Source: an uncultured bacterium
GTDB lineage: Bacteria > Hydrothermota > Tepidihabitantia > Tepidihabitantales > CAIPLT01
Assembly (NCBI GenBank): GCA_964473505.1
Contig: CAYYPG010000001.1
Location: 1-56,555 of the forward strand
Direction: 5' to 3'
DNA: 56,555 nucleotides
Below, piece by piece: positions 18,458 to 29,287 of this stretch. The translations under genes were made by a program, and so were the position numbers. Under the pieces are notes generated by a model. It saw only the letters and a program-made list of their open reading frames with translations. It searched no databases and had not been told where the DNA came from. Numbering within the stretch: position 1 is the stretch's first letter; every line of letters starts with the position of its first letter.

Positions 18458-19873
18458 GTTAGAAACGAGTTAGCAATTTACGATTGATAAGTGTATGCAG
18501 TAGTAAATGGTTATGAGCGCTCTAAATTTCGGTCGATTAATTAAAGCAATTATAAAGTACAATTATCGAAAGGTGATTGTAAGTGTTCTTTGGCACTCGT
18601 ATTTTAAAATTGTAATTGAGGTAGGAAAAAGCTTGAGAGATGCGTCAAGATTGACTCAAAATATTTATTTTAAGGATACAAACTGCGTCATTTTATCAAT
18701 TATCAAGAAGTTGGTGCCAATAGGTAATCTAATTTCGTGGTAATGTGATTGGTTTTGAGCGCAAATTTTTTATAAAACTTGTTTATTGATATTTATTCGT
18801 AGTTGAACTCATGCCAAATATTTCAACGAGAATTTTTTCACTGCTAATTTTCTCAAATAATTTTAGAATCGGATAGATTCCTGATGGTTGAATAACATTC
18901 TGGAAAAGAAAGTCACTAAATTCTTTAGGTTTTTCCCCAACCGACTTTATTCTTTCGGTCTTTAAGAAACGATATTTTAGCATTTCGCAGGTCAAATCAC
19001 CTAAAAAGTAACTGTGCAGATAAATTGGATGGGTTGTATGGTGAATACGATATGCCCAAGGAGGATTGTCCGTATAAGGCTCTTCTTCAAGATATAGTTT
19101 GTACTGTTTGAGATAAAGTTCATTGATGTCATTTAAAGTTTTAATTTCAGTCGTATATAATAATTGGTCAAAGAATATATCGGGTACAGCCCGAATGCGA
19201 CTTATCTTCTGTCATTGTTTAAGATTGTTGAAGGCTTTTTCGACACTTTGAATATCATTTTGGAAAAACTGTTGATAAAAGATTTTTCATATAAAAAATT
19301 ACCCCAAAGATTAGCAAATCCATCAGAAATAATTCCGGAAATACCCATATTTAACAGATTATCATCTGGGTCAAGCATAAAAGAATGAATCGCATGACCG
19401 GTTTCGTGAAGTAAGACACCATATTCGTGATAGCGGTTTTCTACATTGGCTAAGACCCGATTATCTTTGCCAGTGCGGATGGTAAAACTATATCCCCATT
19501 CGGACTTATTCTTGCGAGGAAATAAATCATAAGTGATATTGTACTTGCTAATATCAATGCCGAATTTTAGGAAAAAATCTTTAAGCACCTCATAGTATTT
19601 GGACATATCAACAACCTGATTGAGTTGTGGAACAATCTGGGCACCGATGTATAGCGAATCCCAAGGCATTACTTTCTCATCATAAATAAACTTTTTTCCC
19701 AAAGTTTGATAGGTCTGTTTCATTCTCGGTAAAAATTGTTTGATGGACCCTGACCAGTTATCAAAGATTTGAGGCTCCAGTTCATCAAATTCCAGGCGGA
19801 ATTCAACAAAACTTTTTGAACCCTATAGATGGGCATATTCTTTGCGCATATTTAATAAATCAATAAAACCGGC

Positions 19874-19990
19874 AATGATAAGAGATTCTTTCGACCCCAA
19901 CCAATATGTCCAACATACAAGATAAAATCTTTTACTCCATACTGTTTAATAAAGAGATTCGGGTCAGCATCATAAAAGCGCGCATCAACA
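19874..19990 (-). repeat. 117-bp patch copied from glycosyltransferase gene (21896-22012) embedded in the pepF pseudogene
   Basis: Near-identical DNA with 1 mismatch seen. Both copies encode DARFYDADPNLFIKQYGVKDFILYVGHIGWGRKNLLSL. Confidence 0.9.
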
Positions 19991-20360
19991 TCAGCCAAAG
20001 ATTTATTAATCTGCGCACGGCACAAATATGCCTGTTTGCGTGTTTTGCGGTCCAGCTCACTTCTTAGAATTTGGGTGATTTCCATGGTGCGGACTTCTTT
20101 ACCATTAAGCGTAAAGCGAAAAGTATTCAATATTTTAGATTTTAGACAAATCGGTCGTCTTCTATTGAATCTTTAAGTCTAGTTGATTTAATTCCCCAGA
20201 TAAATGGTATGGTTTGAAAATCAGGGCAATAATGTCTACGCGTCGTTTATCCAAGGGAGCAAGCGATTTTTGCTGATAGTCCAAAATGGTTTCGTAGTAT
20301 TTTTTGTTCTTTAAGACTTGGGTTAGTTTTTCATATGCCTGATTGACAACAAAATCAAAA

Positions 20361-20527
20361 GTTGAAGTGATTCTATTTCTTTTTTCTTGTTGGGAGCAAT
20401 GATATTAGCCATTCGGCACATCTCGTTTATTATCTGGTATTCTGACTGAAAACCACCAGGGAAGGATAAAAATTTTGATATTCTAAGAGTAGTCTTAATA
20501 AATCTTGGATTACGATGACTAAAAAAC
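20361..20527 (-). repeat. 167-bp patch copied from glycosyltransferase gene (22059-22225) embedded in the pepF pseudogene
   Basis: About 5 mismatches were seen. It encodes FFSHRNPRFIKTTLRISKFLSFPGGFQSEYQIINEMCRMANIIAPN, as does the GT gene. Confidence 0.9.
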
Positions 20528-20599
20528 CCTCCAGTTGTATATTGCGTCCAAGACAACTGCGAATATTTTTCATTTAAGTTTTCTAATTTTTTGGCAATC

Positions 20600-21000
20600 G
20601 CAACGATGGCATCTATATTACTCATATTATCTCCTAACATTATATTGAAACCAATATTTTCCCAGCAAGGACGGTCTTGAGTCCTTCTTGATTCCCTTGC
20701 AAGATTTCAATGAACCATCCAAATTATACAATTAGAATCAGACATATTCTTAATAAGATTAGCCAATTTTTCTAAATAAGTCTGAAATATCATTATCTTT
20801 CACAATTCTTACCCCAATATTTCAATAAAACATTCAAGTTATAAAATTGTAATCCGTCATATTCTCATTAATAAAAGCCAATATTTTTCTTTAAGACAGA
20901 TATTATATCTTTCGTAACACTCAGTCAATATTTCAATCATCTCTTCAAAGTAACAATTGAAATCGGACATATATTCAACTATCTAATTGTAAAAATCATG
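20600..21000 (-). repeat. Degenerate tandem array (about 3.5 copies, 110-121-bp period) of the pepF 5' end or start-codon region
   Basis: The anchor (G/A)(A/C/T)(C/T)CATAT(T/A) recurs at about 20622, 20741, 20856 and 20966. CAATATTTCAAT recurs at 20814 and 20926. On the minus strand each unit starts ATG-(S/T)-(D/N). Confidence 0.65.
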
Positions 21001-21444
21001 GATTTGCTTTCTTGATCTTAAAGATTGATATTATATGCGTTGGATTCTGATCTAATATCTCAATCACGAATAAAAAGCAACTTCTTTCAAAAATTATAAT
21101 TAGGCTTCTACCTTTTTATTATAGGCAAAATTACAATTTTTATCAATTGCTTTATTTTGACCTTTAAGTTTTTCTATTTTTTAAGACCATAAGTGCAACG
21201 TTGGTATTACCAAGATAAAAGAAAACCAGCCATTTTCGAACTCACTCAGGACAATGAATTCTAACTGCTGTAAAATGTTAGCAATTTATATTACTAGGGG
21301 TAGATAAAAAATAAAAGTATTAGAAAGGCTTCACTTACTTTACACTTACTTTAACAGGAAGGGTAAAGAAGTTTTTAACTGACTACGAGTTTGGAAAAAA
21401 GAAGCTATTCATCCGATCAAAGCAAGATATTTTACCTTTTGGTT

Positions 21445-22467
21445 TTATTTTTGTTCATATATCTTAATCAACTTTTCTGCACAATGTTTCCACAAATAGT
21501 TGTTTCGGATATGTTCTTTTAATTCTGGCCGTTTTTTTTGTGCTAAAGTCTTGATTATGCCATGGCGTAAGGACTGAAAAGAAAATGGGTTAATATATTG
21601 AGCATAGTCTTGAAAATATTCTGCAGTGCCTCCAAATTTAGTAATAACTATTTTTGCTCCGGCTAAACCGGCTTCTAAGGCAGAAAGTCCGGGCGTTTCA
21701 TAATAAGAAGGCAAAACAAAGGTGTCGCAAGCCGAATATGCTGAGGCCAAAATAGGGTCATCGTGATTTAATCCAGTAATAAGAAGCGTATTCGGTCTTG
21801 ATTTGATAAGGGCTAAGCATTTTTGCGCATAATCATTCTCTAAGACTTTACCAATTAGCACCAAAGGAGAATCAACGTCTTCACATGCTTTCAGTAATGA
21901 TAAGAGATTCTTTCGACCCCAACCAATATGTCCAACATACAGGATAAAATCTTTTACTCCATACTGTTTAATAAAGAGATTCGGGTCAGCATCATAAAAG
22001 CGCGCATCAACACCGTTAGGCAATAATCGAAATTTTTTAGGGTTCAGCCCAAAACTTTGTTGAAGTAATTCTATTTCTTTTTTCGTGTTGGGAGCAATAA
22101 TATTAGCCATTCGGCACATCTCGTTTATTATCTGGTATTCTGACTGAAAACCACCGGGGAAGGATAAAAATTTTGATATTCTAAGAGTAGTTTTAATAAA
22201 TCTTGGATTACGATGACTAAAAAACACTGGCGTGAGTATCGTCTTTACTCCCAGATTGTAGAGACTACGGGCAAAATGAAAAGTTCCAATATGAGCACAA
22301 AAAAGATGCACAAAGTCTACAGAACCAAACGAATAGTTTTGCCAGATATCAAAAAGTTCGACATCAACGCCGAGTTTTTCTAGTTCTTTCTTTAAGGCTA
22401 ATACTTGGGTCTTAACTCCACCTTCAAGAACTGAGATTGCTTGGAAACTAGCAAAGATTATCTTCAT
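21445..22467 (-). CDS. Glycosyltransferase family 4 (GT-B, group 1)
   Basis: The C-terminal region has PSYYETPGLSALEAGLAGAKIV, like the GT4 E-x7-E region. The ATG at 22467 is preferred over the GTG at 22482 because GAGGA lies 7 nt upstream. Confidence 0.8.
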   Translation of the reverse strand: MKIIFASFQAISVLEGGVKTQVLALKKELEKLGVDVELFDIWQNYSFGSVDFVHLFCAHIGTFHFARSLYNLGVKTILTPVFFSHRNPRFIKTTLRISKFLSFPGGFQSEYQIINEMCRMANIIAPNTKKEIELLQQSFGLNPKKFRLLPNGVDARFYDADPNLFIKQYGVKDFILYVGHIGWGRKNLLSLLKACEDVDSPLVLIGKVLENDYAQKCLALIKSRPNTLLITGLNHDDPILASAYSACDTFVLPSYYETPGLSALEAGLAGAKIVITKFGGTAEYFQDYAQYINPFSFQSLRHGIIKTLAQKKRPELKEHIRNNYLWKHCAEKLIKIYEQK

Positions 22468-22648
22468 ATTAAATCCTCTCACTGAGATCCTAAACCTCAG
22501 GATAGATTACCAACCAAGGTTTGGAACTGTTGCCCGATTTTATTAATCTCTGTAGTTTATTCAAGGGACAATAATAATTGTGAGTTAAGTTCATGTGGGT
22601 AAACTCCAAGGATTATTTCATACAAGGATAGTTTGAAGTTTGGCGGGT

Positions 22649-24190
22649 TTAAATTTTAAAAAGCCTTTTAAGAGTTTCATAAAAGATGGTTTGAATTTTT
22701 GCTTGGAATGACCGAGTATATAAAATTTTGTCAGCGTCTTTTGGCCGATAAGGTAGGTTTAATGGTTTGTATTGCAATTTAGTCAATTCGTATTGTCCTT
22801 TTTTGACGGGAATATAGGTTTCTTTTGTATCTGGAGTGATAATGTGTAAAAAAACATTATCTGATGCATTTTCGCTCTCAATTTTTAAGGTGTTGTTTTC
22901 GATGTGCCACCGAGATGTATTGTAAATATTTAGTCGTTTTATCCACCAATAATAAAAATCGGTCATGGTTGTAATCTTGATATTATTCAGTAATCTTGCT
23001 TTATCTAAAATCTGTCCAAAAAGTTCTGAAAACTGATGAATCCGATGCGGATGGTCATAAATAAATATAGGCTCATTGCTTCGGTATTGAGTCGTTATAT
23101 AATCTTCATAATATCTTTTGCACTGTTCTGCTGAAAGATCGGCTTGTAATAATCGGCCGAGGCAAATTGGATGAACCGGTATTTGTAAGACCGATGATTT
23201 CTTATTATCGACAATTGGGTAGAATGGCAAGTTATCATAATCTAAAGAAAATTCAGAAGAATATTTAATATCATTAGATTCCATTGCCCACTGAAGATGT
23301 TTATTCCACATTCCAAAAGGACTGACAAATCCTATTGGCTTAATGCCATTATTTTCTAAGATTGTTTTGGCAGTTTTGATGTTTTCGTAATTTCTCCGAT
23401 AGTCTCTGAAGACTTGGTGATGAAAGCAGTGAATTTGAATATCGCAAAACTTTGGGTGTTGAATCTTAGGCAAATGACCAGTATTGATAAAATATGTAAA
23501 ATTAATATCTTTAGTTTGTGAAAGTTCTAATGTTGTTTTTAATGCACTCTCTGGAGCAAAGTCAGTATCAATTCGAAAACAAAAGCAGGTTTGATAAATA
23601 TTAGGATAATACCAGAGATGGAGATACGACAAATTCATCTTTTGATACAACTTTCTGAGACAATTTATAACTAATTTTCTGACCGCTCCTTTATTGATGA
23701 GAGCAACATGTTCATAAGGAAATTTACGATGTGGAAAGTAGAATGGTTTTAATTCGCTTCGGGTATCTAAGATTGCTCGATTAACATCAAATGGTAATGC
23801 GATGATGTGTCCCTTGCTGTATTCTGTCTCAAAAATAATTTGAGATTTATTTTTTGATATTGGACGCGCGATTTGTCTGTTGCCTTTTAATTTTAAGTCA
23901 AGAATCGGAATATTGTTAAACAGGTCACTTTCACCATAGATAAAATGTAAAAGAGAAGTTTTATATCGTATATCAGGAATAATCTTTTTCAGGTTAAGAA
24001 AGTCCGTAATAATACCGACACCGGCGTTTAAGAGATTAATTATATAGACAACTTCATCCTTATTAAGCGCACGATTGATAATTATTGGCGAAGCGTACTT
24101 TTCTGGTATTTGAGGCAATAAATTATACGCAATGCCCTCTTGTTCTAAAATTTGCAACCAACCCGGTTCGTTTTTTAATAATCCAATCAT
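22649..24190 (-). CDS. Polysaccharide deacetylase (NodB-homology) family protein with N-terminal domain of unknown function
   Basis: FRIDTDF (DxD-type motif), IHCFHHQ (His pair) and FVSPFGMWN resemble NodB/ArnD-type deacetylases. It lies in glycan-cluster context. Confidence 0.6.
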   Translation of the reverse strand: MIGLLKNEPGWLQILEQEGIAYNLLPQIPEKYASPIIINRALNKDEVVYIINLLNAGVGIITDFLNLKKIIPDIRYKTSLLHFIYGESDLFNNIPILDLKLKGNRQIARPISKNKSQIIFETEYSKGHIIALPFDVNRAILDTRSELKPFYFPHRKFPYEHVALINKGAVRKLVINCLRKLYQKMNLSYLHLWYYPNIYQTCFCFRIDTDFAPESALKTTLELSQTKDINFTYFINTGHLPKIQHPKFCDIQIHCFHHQVFRDYRRNYENIKTAKTILENNGIKPIGFVSPFGMWNKHLQWAMESNDIKYSSEFSLDYDNLPFYPIVDNKKSSVLQIPVHPICLGRLLQADLSAEQCKRYYEDYITTQYRSNEPIFIYDHPHRIHQFSELFGQILDKARLLNNIKITTMTDFYYWWIKRLNIYNTSRWHIENNTLKIESENASDNVFLHIITPDTKETYIPVKKGQYELTKLQYKPLNLPYRPKDADKILYTRSFQAKIQTIFYETLKRLFKI

Positions 24191-24568
24191 TCTATTTTGT
24201 ATTGCATTTTACATAATCTTCTTATTAGTTACAATCATAAAATGCAGCCAATTAGCAAATATTCACGCCGGAAAATTGTATATTAAATATTAATATTATA
24301 AATTATTATCTTGTAAATTATAATCATAGATTTCCACAAATTATCGTAATCTGGTTGATATTCACAACGTAAAATGACATATAAATAATAATGCCTATAA
24401 TATTATTTTACATTTTCATTTTGATATTCAATTTTTAACCCGTATCTCATTTAACCCGAAATTTTTTAACCTACCACGAAATTAGGTTTTTTTGATACTT
24501 TTAGTTTTAATATTCTAATAATAAATAATTTCCTAAATAAAATAGTACCCCGCGCAATCTTCGTCCTT

Positions 24569-26062
24569 TTAGTTAACATCATTACTATAGTATACACTAA
24601 AATCCTTTTTAGTTATACCTTTAGTTAAGCATAGCATGGTAGCATACACGAGCATTGCTAAAACAATCAATAAGACAATGGGTATTTGGGTCAAAAGGAG
24701 TTTCAGAAATATTGCCATTATAGTGGTTGCAATTAAAGGTTTTAATAGATGTTTAGGTTCTAAAAGGATGCCAATGACAGATTTGACCAATTGCAGTAGA
24801 ACAACTAAAGCAATCAACTCGGCTGATATTAGGGCAATCGCAGTTCCTAATGCGCCGAGTGGTCGGACTAAGATGAGATTTAGAATAACATTAGCCAAAA
24901 CACCAACAGCAATGGCTGATATATATGCTTTATTGCGTTTATCTGCAATGAGGACGGAAGTAAAAATTGTGTTTAGCATAGTGAAAAACAGAAACCAAAT
25001 GAGTACTTGGAAAATTAAGATACTTTTTTGATAATGTTGCCCATAAATTAGGTTTATCAATTGACTTGAGACCAGAACACTACCAACACAAATAGGAATT
25101 GATAATATTAAAATTAATTTTTGTAATTGGCTAAGCATTGAAGGTAAGTATTGTTTATGACCAGCGACATAACGAGCAATATTAGGAAAGGTTGCATTAC
25201 AAAAGACACGGTCAATAATTAAAATCGTAAAAACCAGTTTGTTGGCCGCACTAAAAATTCCTACTTCGGTATCGTCTTTAATTAAACCTAAAAAAATGAT
25301 ATTGAAATTTTGGCTAAATTGAATCAAAATTGCACCCAAGCCTATGGGTAAAGCACTCTTAAATATTTGCCCGAGCACTTTTATCATCGAACGGTGGTCT
25401 TGAAACAAAATTCCATTAGTTGCCAACTGATTATGATTTTCAGTTTTGTTTTTAAAATAACGGTAGATAGCATAAAGGAATAGGCCGGTACATACATTAC
25501 CTGCTAAAAACGCGATTGGCACATTCTTTATTTGTATAGGTGTTCTAACTAACAACAAGAGCAAGATAAGATAAACACCGCTATTAATAATTTTTGAGAG
25601 ACTGACATAAAACATTTTTTGCCAACCCAAAAACAACCATTCTAAAATAAATGCAAAAGGAAAGAGTGATAACCCATATAAGATTATTAGTAGTTTAACT
25701 TCAATCGGTTTCGGAATTGTTAGCCCTAATATCAATAGCACAATAAAGGTTATAACCGCAAGCAATTGTCTTAAAATTATTACATTGTGAATATACTGAG
25801 TCAACGGTAAGCGGTAAGTCGATGTTGAATATTGAGCAACATCTCGAATTCCTACTGAGATTAAACCGAGATTGGTTAAAAACGAACCCAATGAGAAGAA
25901 TGCGAAAGCAAAACTTAATTGGCCAAAGCCGCTTGCTTGTAAGACTCGTGCCAGATAGATTGTGGCAATAAATAGTAAAATATAGCTGATACCATCGCCG
26001 ATAAAGAGGAGCACAAAATTTTTAATCGTATTCTGAGGAAATAGGGAGTGTTTAGCGTTCAT
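24569..26062 (-). CDS. Oligosaccharide/polysaccharide flippase (Wzx-like, MOP superfamily)
   Basis: A 497-aa highly hydrophobic protein with roughly 12-14 TM segments, typical of the polysaccharide biosynthesis protein family. It neighbours glycosyltransferases. Confidence 0.75.
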   Translation of the reverse strand: MNAKHSLFPQNTIKNFVLLFIGDGISYILLFIATIYLARVLQASGFGQLSFAFAFFSLGSFLTNLGLISVGIRDVAQYSTSTYRLPLTQYIHNVIILRQLLAVITFIVLLILGLTIPKPIEVKLLIILYGLSLFPFAFILEWLFLGWQKMFYVSLSKIINSGVYLILLLLLVRTPIQIKNVPIAFLAGNVCTGLFLYAIYRYFKNKTENHNQLATNGILFQDHRSMIKVLGQIFKSALPIGLGAILIQFSQNFNIIFLGLIKDDTEVGIFSAANKLVFTILIIDRVFCNATFPNIARYVAGHKQYLPSMLSQLQKLILILSIPICVGSVLVSSQLINLIYGQHYQKSILIFQVLIWFLFFTMLNTIFTSVLIADKRNKAYISAIAVGVLANVILNLILVRPLGALGTAIALISAELIALVVLLQLVKSVIGILLEPKHLLKPLIATTIMAIFLKLLLTQIPIVLLIVLAMLVYATMLCLTKGITKKDFSVYYSNDVN

Positions 26063-26143
26063 TGGAGAAAAAGCACCTTTTACAAAATTAAATTTCCTTC
26101 GGAATTTAATTCACAAGTTCTTATTTTAATATAGAGTTTTATG

Positions 26144-26254
26144 GAAAACTCTGAAAAAATACTCAAGAGAAACCGACCCCCACAAGAAAAAAACCAACAA
26201 ATACGCTTCTGCATTTCATGTCTTTTAAACTGATATTGACTTTGTCAGAGTTCT
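26144..26254 (+). mobile_element. MITE-A copy 1 (TIR GAAAACTCTGAAAAA ... TTTGTCAGAGTTCTT)
   Basis: It aligns over about 110 bp with 45393-45502 and with the reverse complements of 27875-27981 and 46985-47094. Confidence 0.75.
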
Positions 26255-26322
26255 TATGAATATAATTAAAATTCATTTTTCACAATGTGTCTGTGTTAAT
26301 ATGAGGAATTCTTTAGCCTATG

Positions 26323-26787
26323 CTATTCGGACTTTGGTTTAATAACACTTTTGAGATGCGATTTAATTGCATTTTTGGCCAATTTATCACTTAAGCGGTT
26401 TTCTGCCCTAGGTATGGGGACAATTTTTAGATTTTTCCATTGACGTTTTAACCACATTGCTTCGAAAAAGAGTTTCTGTAATTGTCGGTCACGTATTTTA
26501 TAAGTACCGATAATCTGATTAAATAATAATGCCGAATCCGTTTTAATAATAATCTCTGTATCGTAATTTATTTGTCGACTGTTTCTCATTTGACCCAGGA
26601 TGCTTAAAGCGCTAATTAATGCTTCGTATTCGGCCTGATTGTTAGTTTTTCGGCCAATAAATTTGCTAATTTCTTTCAAGACTTGCGCGGACTGGTTTTC
26701 AATTACAACGCCGATACCCGCCAAACCGGGATTTCCTTTGGAGGCACCATCAATATGGACAATTATTTTTTGTAAAGTTAGGGGCAA
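26323..26787 (-). CDS. rnhA: Ribonuclease HI
   Basis: HIDGASKGNPG, NNQAEYEAL and TDS match the DEDD catalytic motifs of type 1 RNase H. Confidence 0.85.
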   Translation of the reverse strand: MPLTLQKIIVHIDGASKGNPGLAGIGVVIENQSAQVLKEISKFIGRKTNNQAEYEALISALSILGQMRNSRQINYDTEIIIKTDSALLFNQIIGTYKIRDRQLQKLFFEAMWLKRQWKNLKIVPIPRAENRLSDKLAKNAIKSHLKSVIKPKSE

Positions 26788-26946
26788 GATAATTTCGTTA
26801 ATAATTACGCATCTTTACAGATTCCGTTTTGAAAGTCAAGCATAGTACATCTTGGTTTTCATAGTAAACCACGCCGATGATGCTTTCATATATTGTTAAC
26901 TGATTAGATTTAAGAATTACGAATTAAACCACCAAATTGATTTTGG

Positions 26947-27675
26947 TTATTGATTTGCGATCTGTTCTAAATTTTCGGGAACAACAATGATTCGACCACA
27001 GTATTCACAGAAGTGAATTCGGTCATTTCGCTTAATTTCTAAGATTTTTTGTATTGGTATCGGGTTAAAGCACCCTTGACATCTTTCCGATTCGATTGTA
27101 ACCACCGCCATACCGCCTTTGTTTTTTCGAATACGTTCGTATATTTGCATAATATCTTTACCCACCGCAGTTATTAATCTTTCTCTTTCCACAGTTCGCT
27201 CATTAAGAGCATTAATCAGGTCGGCTTCTTCTTTTTTTAAAAATGCAATTTTCTCCTGGGTTTCCTGTTGTAATTCTTTGAGTTCTTTTTCTAAGGTTTT
27301 GATCTTTTCTTCAGTGATTTCGGTTTTTTCTAAGATTGCAATTATTTCGTCTTCAATTTTAGTTTTTTGTTTTTTTTGAACTTCAATTTCTTTTAAGAAC
27401 GCCTTATATTGCTCATTGGTTTTGGCTGAGTATAATTGTGCCGAAAACTGATTGATTTTTTCCTCAGTTTCTTTTAAGTCGACCTCTAATAATTTATTTT
27501 GCTTTTTCAGTTCGATAATCATATTTTTGGCAACATCCAGTTCATCCTGTTTGTTTTTAATGACTAACTGAATACCTTCAATCCTGCGGGGAACATCTTG
27601 TTTTTTGGCTTCTAATCGAGAAAGTTCCGTATCAATTTTCTGTAGTCTTAGTAGATTTGAAAGAATTTCAACCAT
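26947..27675 (-). CDS. Coiled-coil zinc-ribbon protein (DUF164/COG1579-like)
   Basis: A long heptad-rich coiled coil is followed by CQGC...CEYCGRI. The start is moved to the ATG at 27675 because the longer ORF runs through tRNA-Val. Confidence 0.7.
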   Translation of the reverse strand: MVEILSNLLRLQKIDTELSRLEAKKQDVPRRIEGIQLVIKNKQDELDVAKNMIIELKKQNKLLEVDLKETEEKINQFSAQLYSAKTNEQYKAFLKEIEVQKKQKTKIEDEIIAILEKTEITEEKIKTLEKELKELQQETQEKIAFLKKEEADLINALNERTVERERLITAVGKDIMQIYERIRKNKGGMAVVTIESERCQGCFNPIPIQKILEIKRNDRIHFCEYCGRIIVVPENLEQIANQ

Positions 27676-27732
27676 TTTAAGGCCGTAGAAAAAAAATAGG
27701 GTATGTCTTTTTAAGACACACCCTACTCGTAA

Positions 27733-27808
<76 letters not shown>

Positions 27809-27874
27809 TTTGGGTGTTAATCGAAACACAAGTTAATATATTTAATTTTAACCTAAATGTCAAGACTTGATTTG

Positions 27875-27981
27875 AAGAACTCTGACAAAGTCAATATTGG
27901 TTCAAGAGCATGAAATGCAGAAGTATAATTATTGTTTTTTCTTATGGTCGCAGTGTCTCTTGAGCATTTTTTAGAGTTTTC
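27875..27981 (-). mobile_element. MITE-A copy 2 (inverted relative to copy 1)
   Basis: The reverse complement aligns with 26144-26254, including GCATTTCATG and ATATTGACTTTGTCAGAGTTCTT. Confidence 0.75.
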
Positions 27982-28088
27982 ATTTGAAAAAACAGGGGAG
28001 CCAAAATATTCGAGCCCAAAAGATATAGGTATCAGTAACCGAGAACACTCCTCTAGTATCGACCATTCTTTAACAGAAAAAGCGGCGA

Positions 28089-28116
28089 TTGACTAAATCT
28101 CTAATATCATTATAAT
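28089..28116 (+). promoter_or_regulatory. Candidate sigma70 promoter TTGACT-N16-TATAAT, about 285 nt upstream of the HDAC-family gene
   Basis: The hexamers were read directly. The long leader is unexplained. Confidence 0.4.
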
Positions 28117-28399
28117 AATTTTTGAGAAAAACCTAATTAGCAGCAATAATTTACCGCGATTTGGCGATTGCTAAATATATTTTCTGAAATTACGGCTGGG
28201 TTAATTTATTATGAATATATCTGTTCGGACAAATACGAATAATAATGTTGATACTTATGTTTTTGGGAGCGCAAGCAGATAACTTGTAATACAAAACGAA
28301 GCAGTTATAATTATGAAAAGATAAGGATGAGGTTAATTTCGGTTCGTAGGTTTTTATTTGTTGGATTGATTGAGATGGATTAATGGAAAGTAAGTAATA

Positions 28400-29287
28400 A
28401 TGAAATTTATCTATTCAGATAAATATGAAGTCAATATTGGTGCCCATGTTTTCGTGACTCAAAAATATCGGCTGGTGAAAGAGCGATTAATTAGAGAAGG
28501 GTTAGCCCAAGAAAAAGATTTTATCTGTCCACAGAATTCCGATATTAAGGATATTGCCTTAGTTCACACCACTCAATATATTGATGATATGCTCAATTTA
28601 AAATGGACACAACGCACTGTTCGCTCGGAATTACCGCTTACTACCGAAATTATCAATGCGTATTTTTTGCACGCAGAAGGTACAATCCTTGCCTGCGAAC
28701 AAGCATTAAAAGATGGTATTGGTATGCATATTGGTGGTGGATTTCATCATGCGTTTGCTGACCACGCAGAAGGTTTTTGTTATGTCAATGATATTGCTGT
28801 GGGTATAAGGAAAATGCAATCTTTAAAAAAAATCAAGCGAGCAGCGGTAATTGATTGTGATTTACATCAAGGCAATGGAACCGCAAATATTTTCAAAAAT
28901 GACCCCACGGTCTTTACTTTTTCTATTCATCAGGAACTTCTCTATCCGATTAAGGAACAATCAGATTGGGATATCGGTTTAAATGATTATACAGGTGACG
29001 ATGAATATTTATCACTTTTACAGAACGCGGTAAACAAAATTTTTCGAGAACACAAACCCGAATTAGTAATCTATGTTGCCGGGGCAGACCCTTTCTATTT
29101 AGACCAGTTAGGGTCTTTGCGTTTGACAAAAGAAGGATTGCAGAAACGAGATGAGATTGTAATAAAAAATTGTCGAGAACAAAATATTCCAGCGGCGGTT
29201 ACGCTTGCTGGCGGATATGCCTATGATGTAAAAGATACGGTTGAGATCCATTTTAACACCTGCAAAATTTGTCTGCGATATTGCTGA
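28400..29287 (+). CDS. Histone deacetylase-family (AcuC/acetylpolyamine amidohydrolase-like) zinc deacetylase
   Basis: HIGGGFHHAFADHAEGFCYVNDIAV and DCDLHQGNGT are the HDAC catalytic and zinc motifs. Confidence 0.85.
   Translation: MKFIYSDKYEVNIGAHVFVTQKYRLVKERLIREGLAQEKDFICPQNSDIKDIALVHTTQYIDDMLNLKWTQRTVRSELPLTTEIINAYFLHAEGTILACEQALKDGIGMHIGGGFHHAFADHAEGFCYVNDIAVGIRKMQSLKKIKRAAVIDCDLHQGNGTANIFKNDPTVFTFSIHQELLYPIKEQSDWDIGLNDYTGDDEYLSLLQNAVNKIFREHKPELVIYVAGADPFYLDQLGSLRLTKEGLQKRDEIVIKNCREQNIPAAVTLAGGYAYDVKDTVEIHFNTCKICLRYC

Larger units (their letters stand above)
18783..20640 (-). pseudogene. Degraded M3-family (PepF-like) oligoendopeptidase with stops, frameshifts and two foreign patches
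   Basis: The HETGHAIH zinc motif is in ORF 19202-19723. N-terminal, middle and C-terminal pieces lie in at least four different frames or ORFs (20640-20323, 20130-19852, 19723-19202, 18995-18783). In-frame TAG/TAA stops are present. Confidence 0.8.

Noticed and set aside
24466-24495. Hairpin AACCTA..TAGGTT plus T7 that resembles a rho-independent terminator.
   Set aside because: It is oriented for the plus strand, while both neighbouring genes are on the minus strand. In the minus sense no U-run follows the stem.
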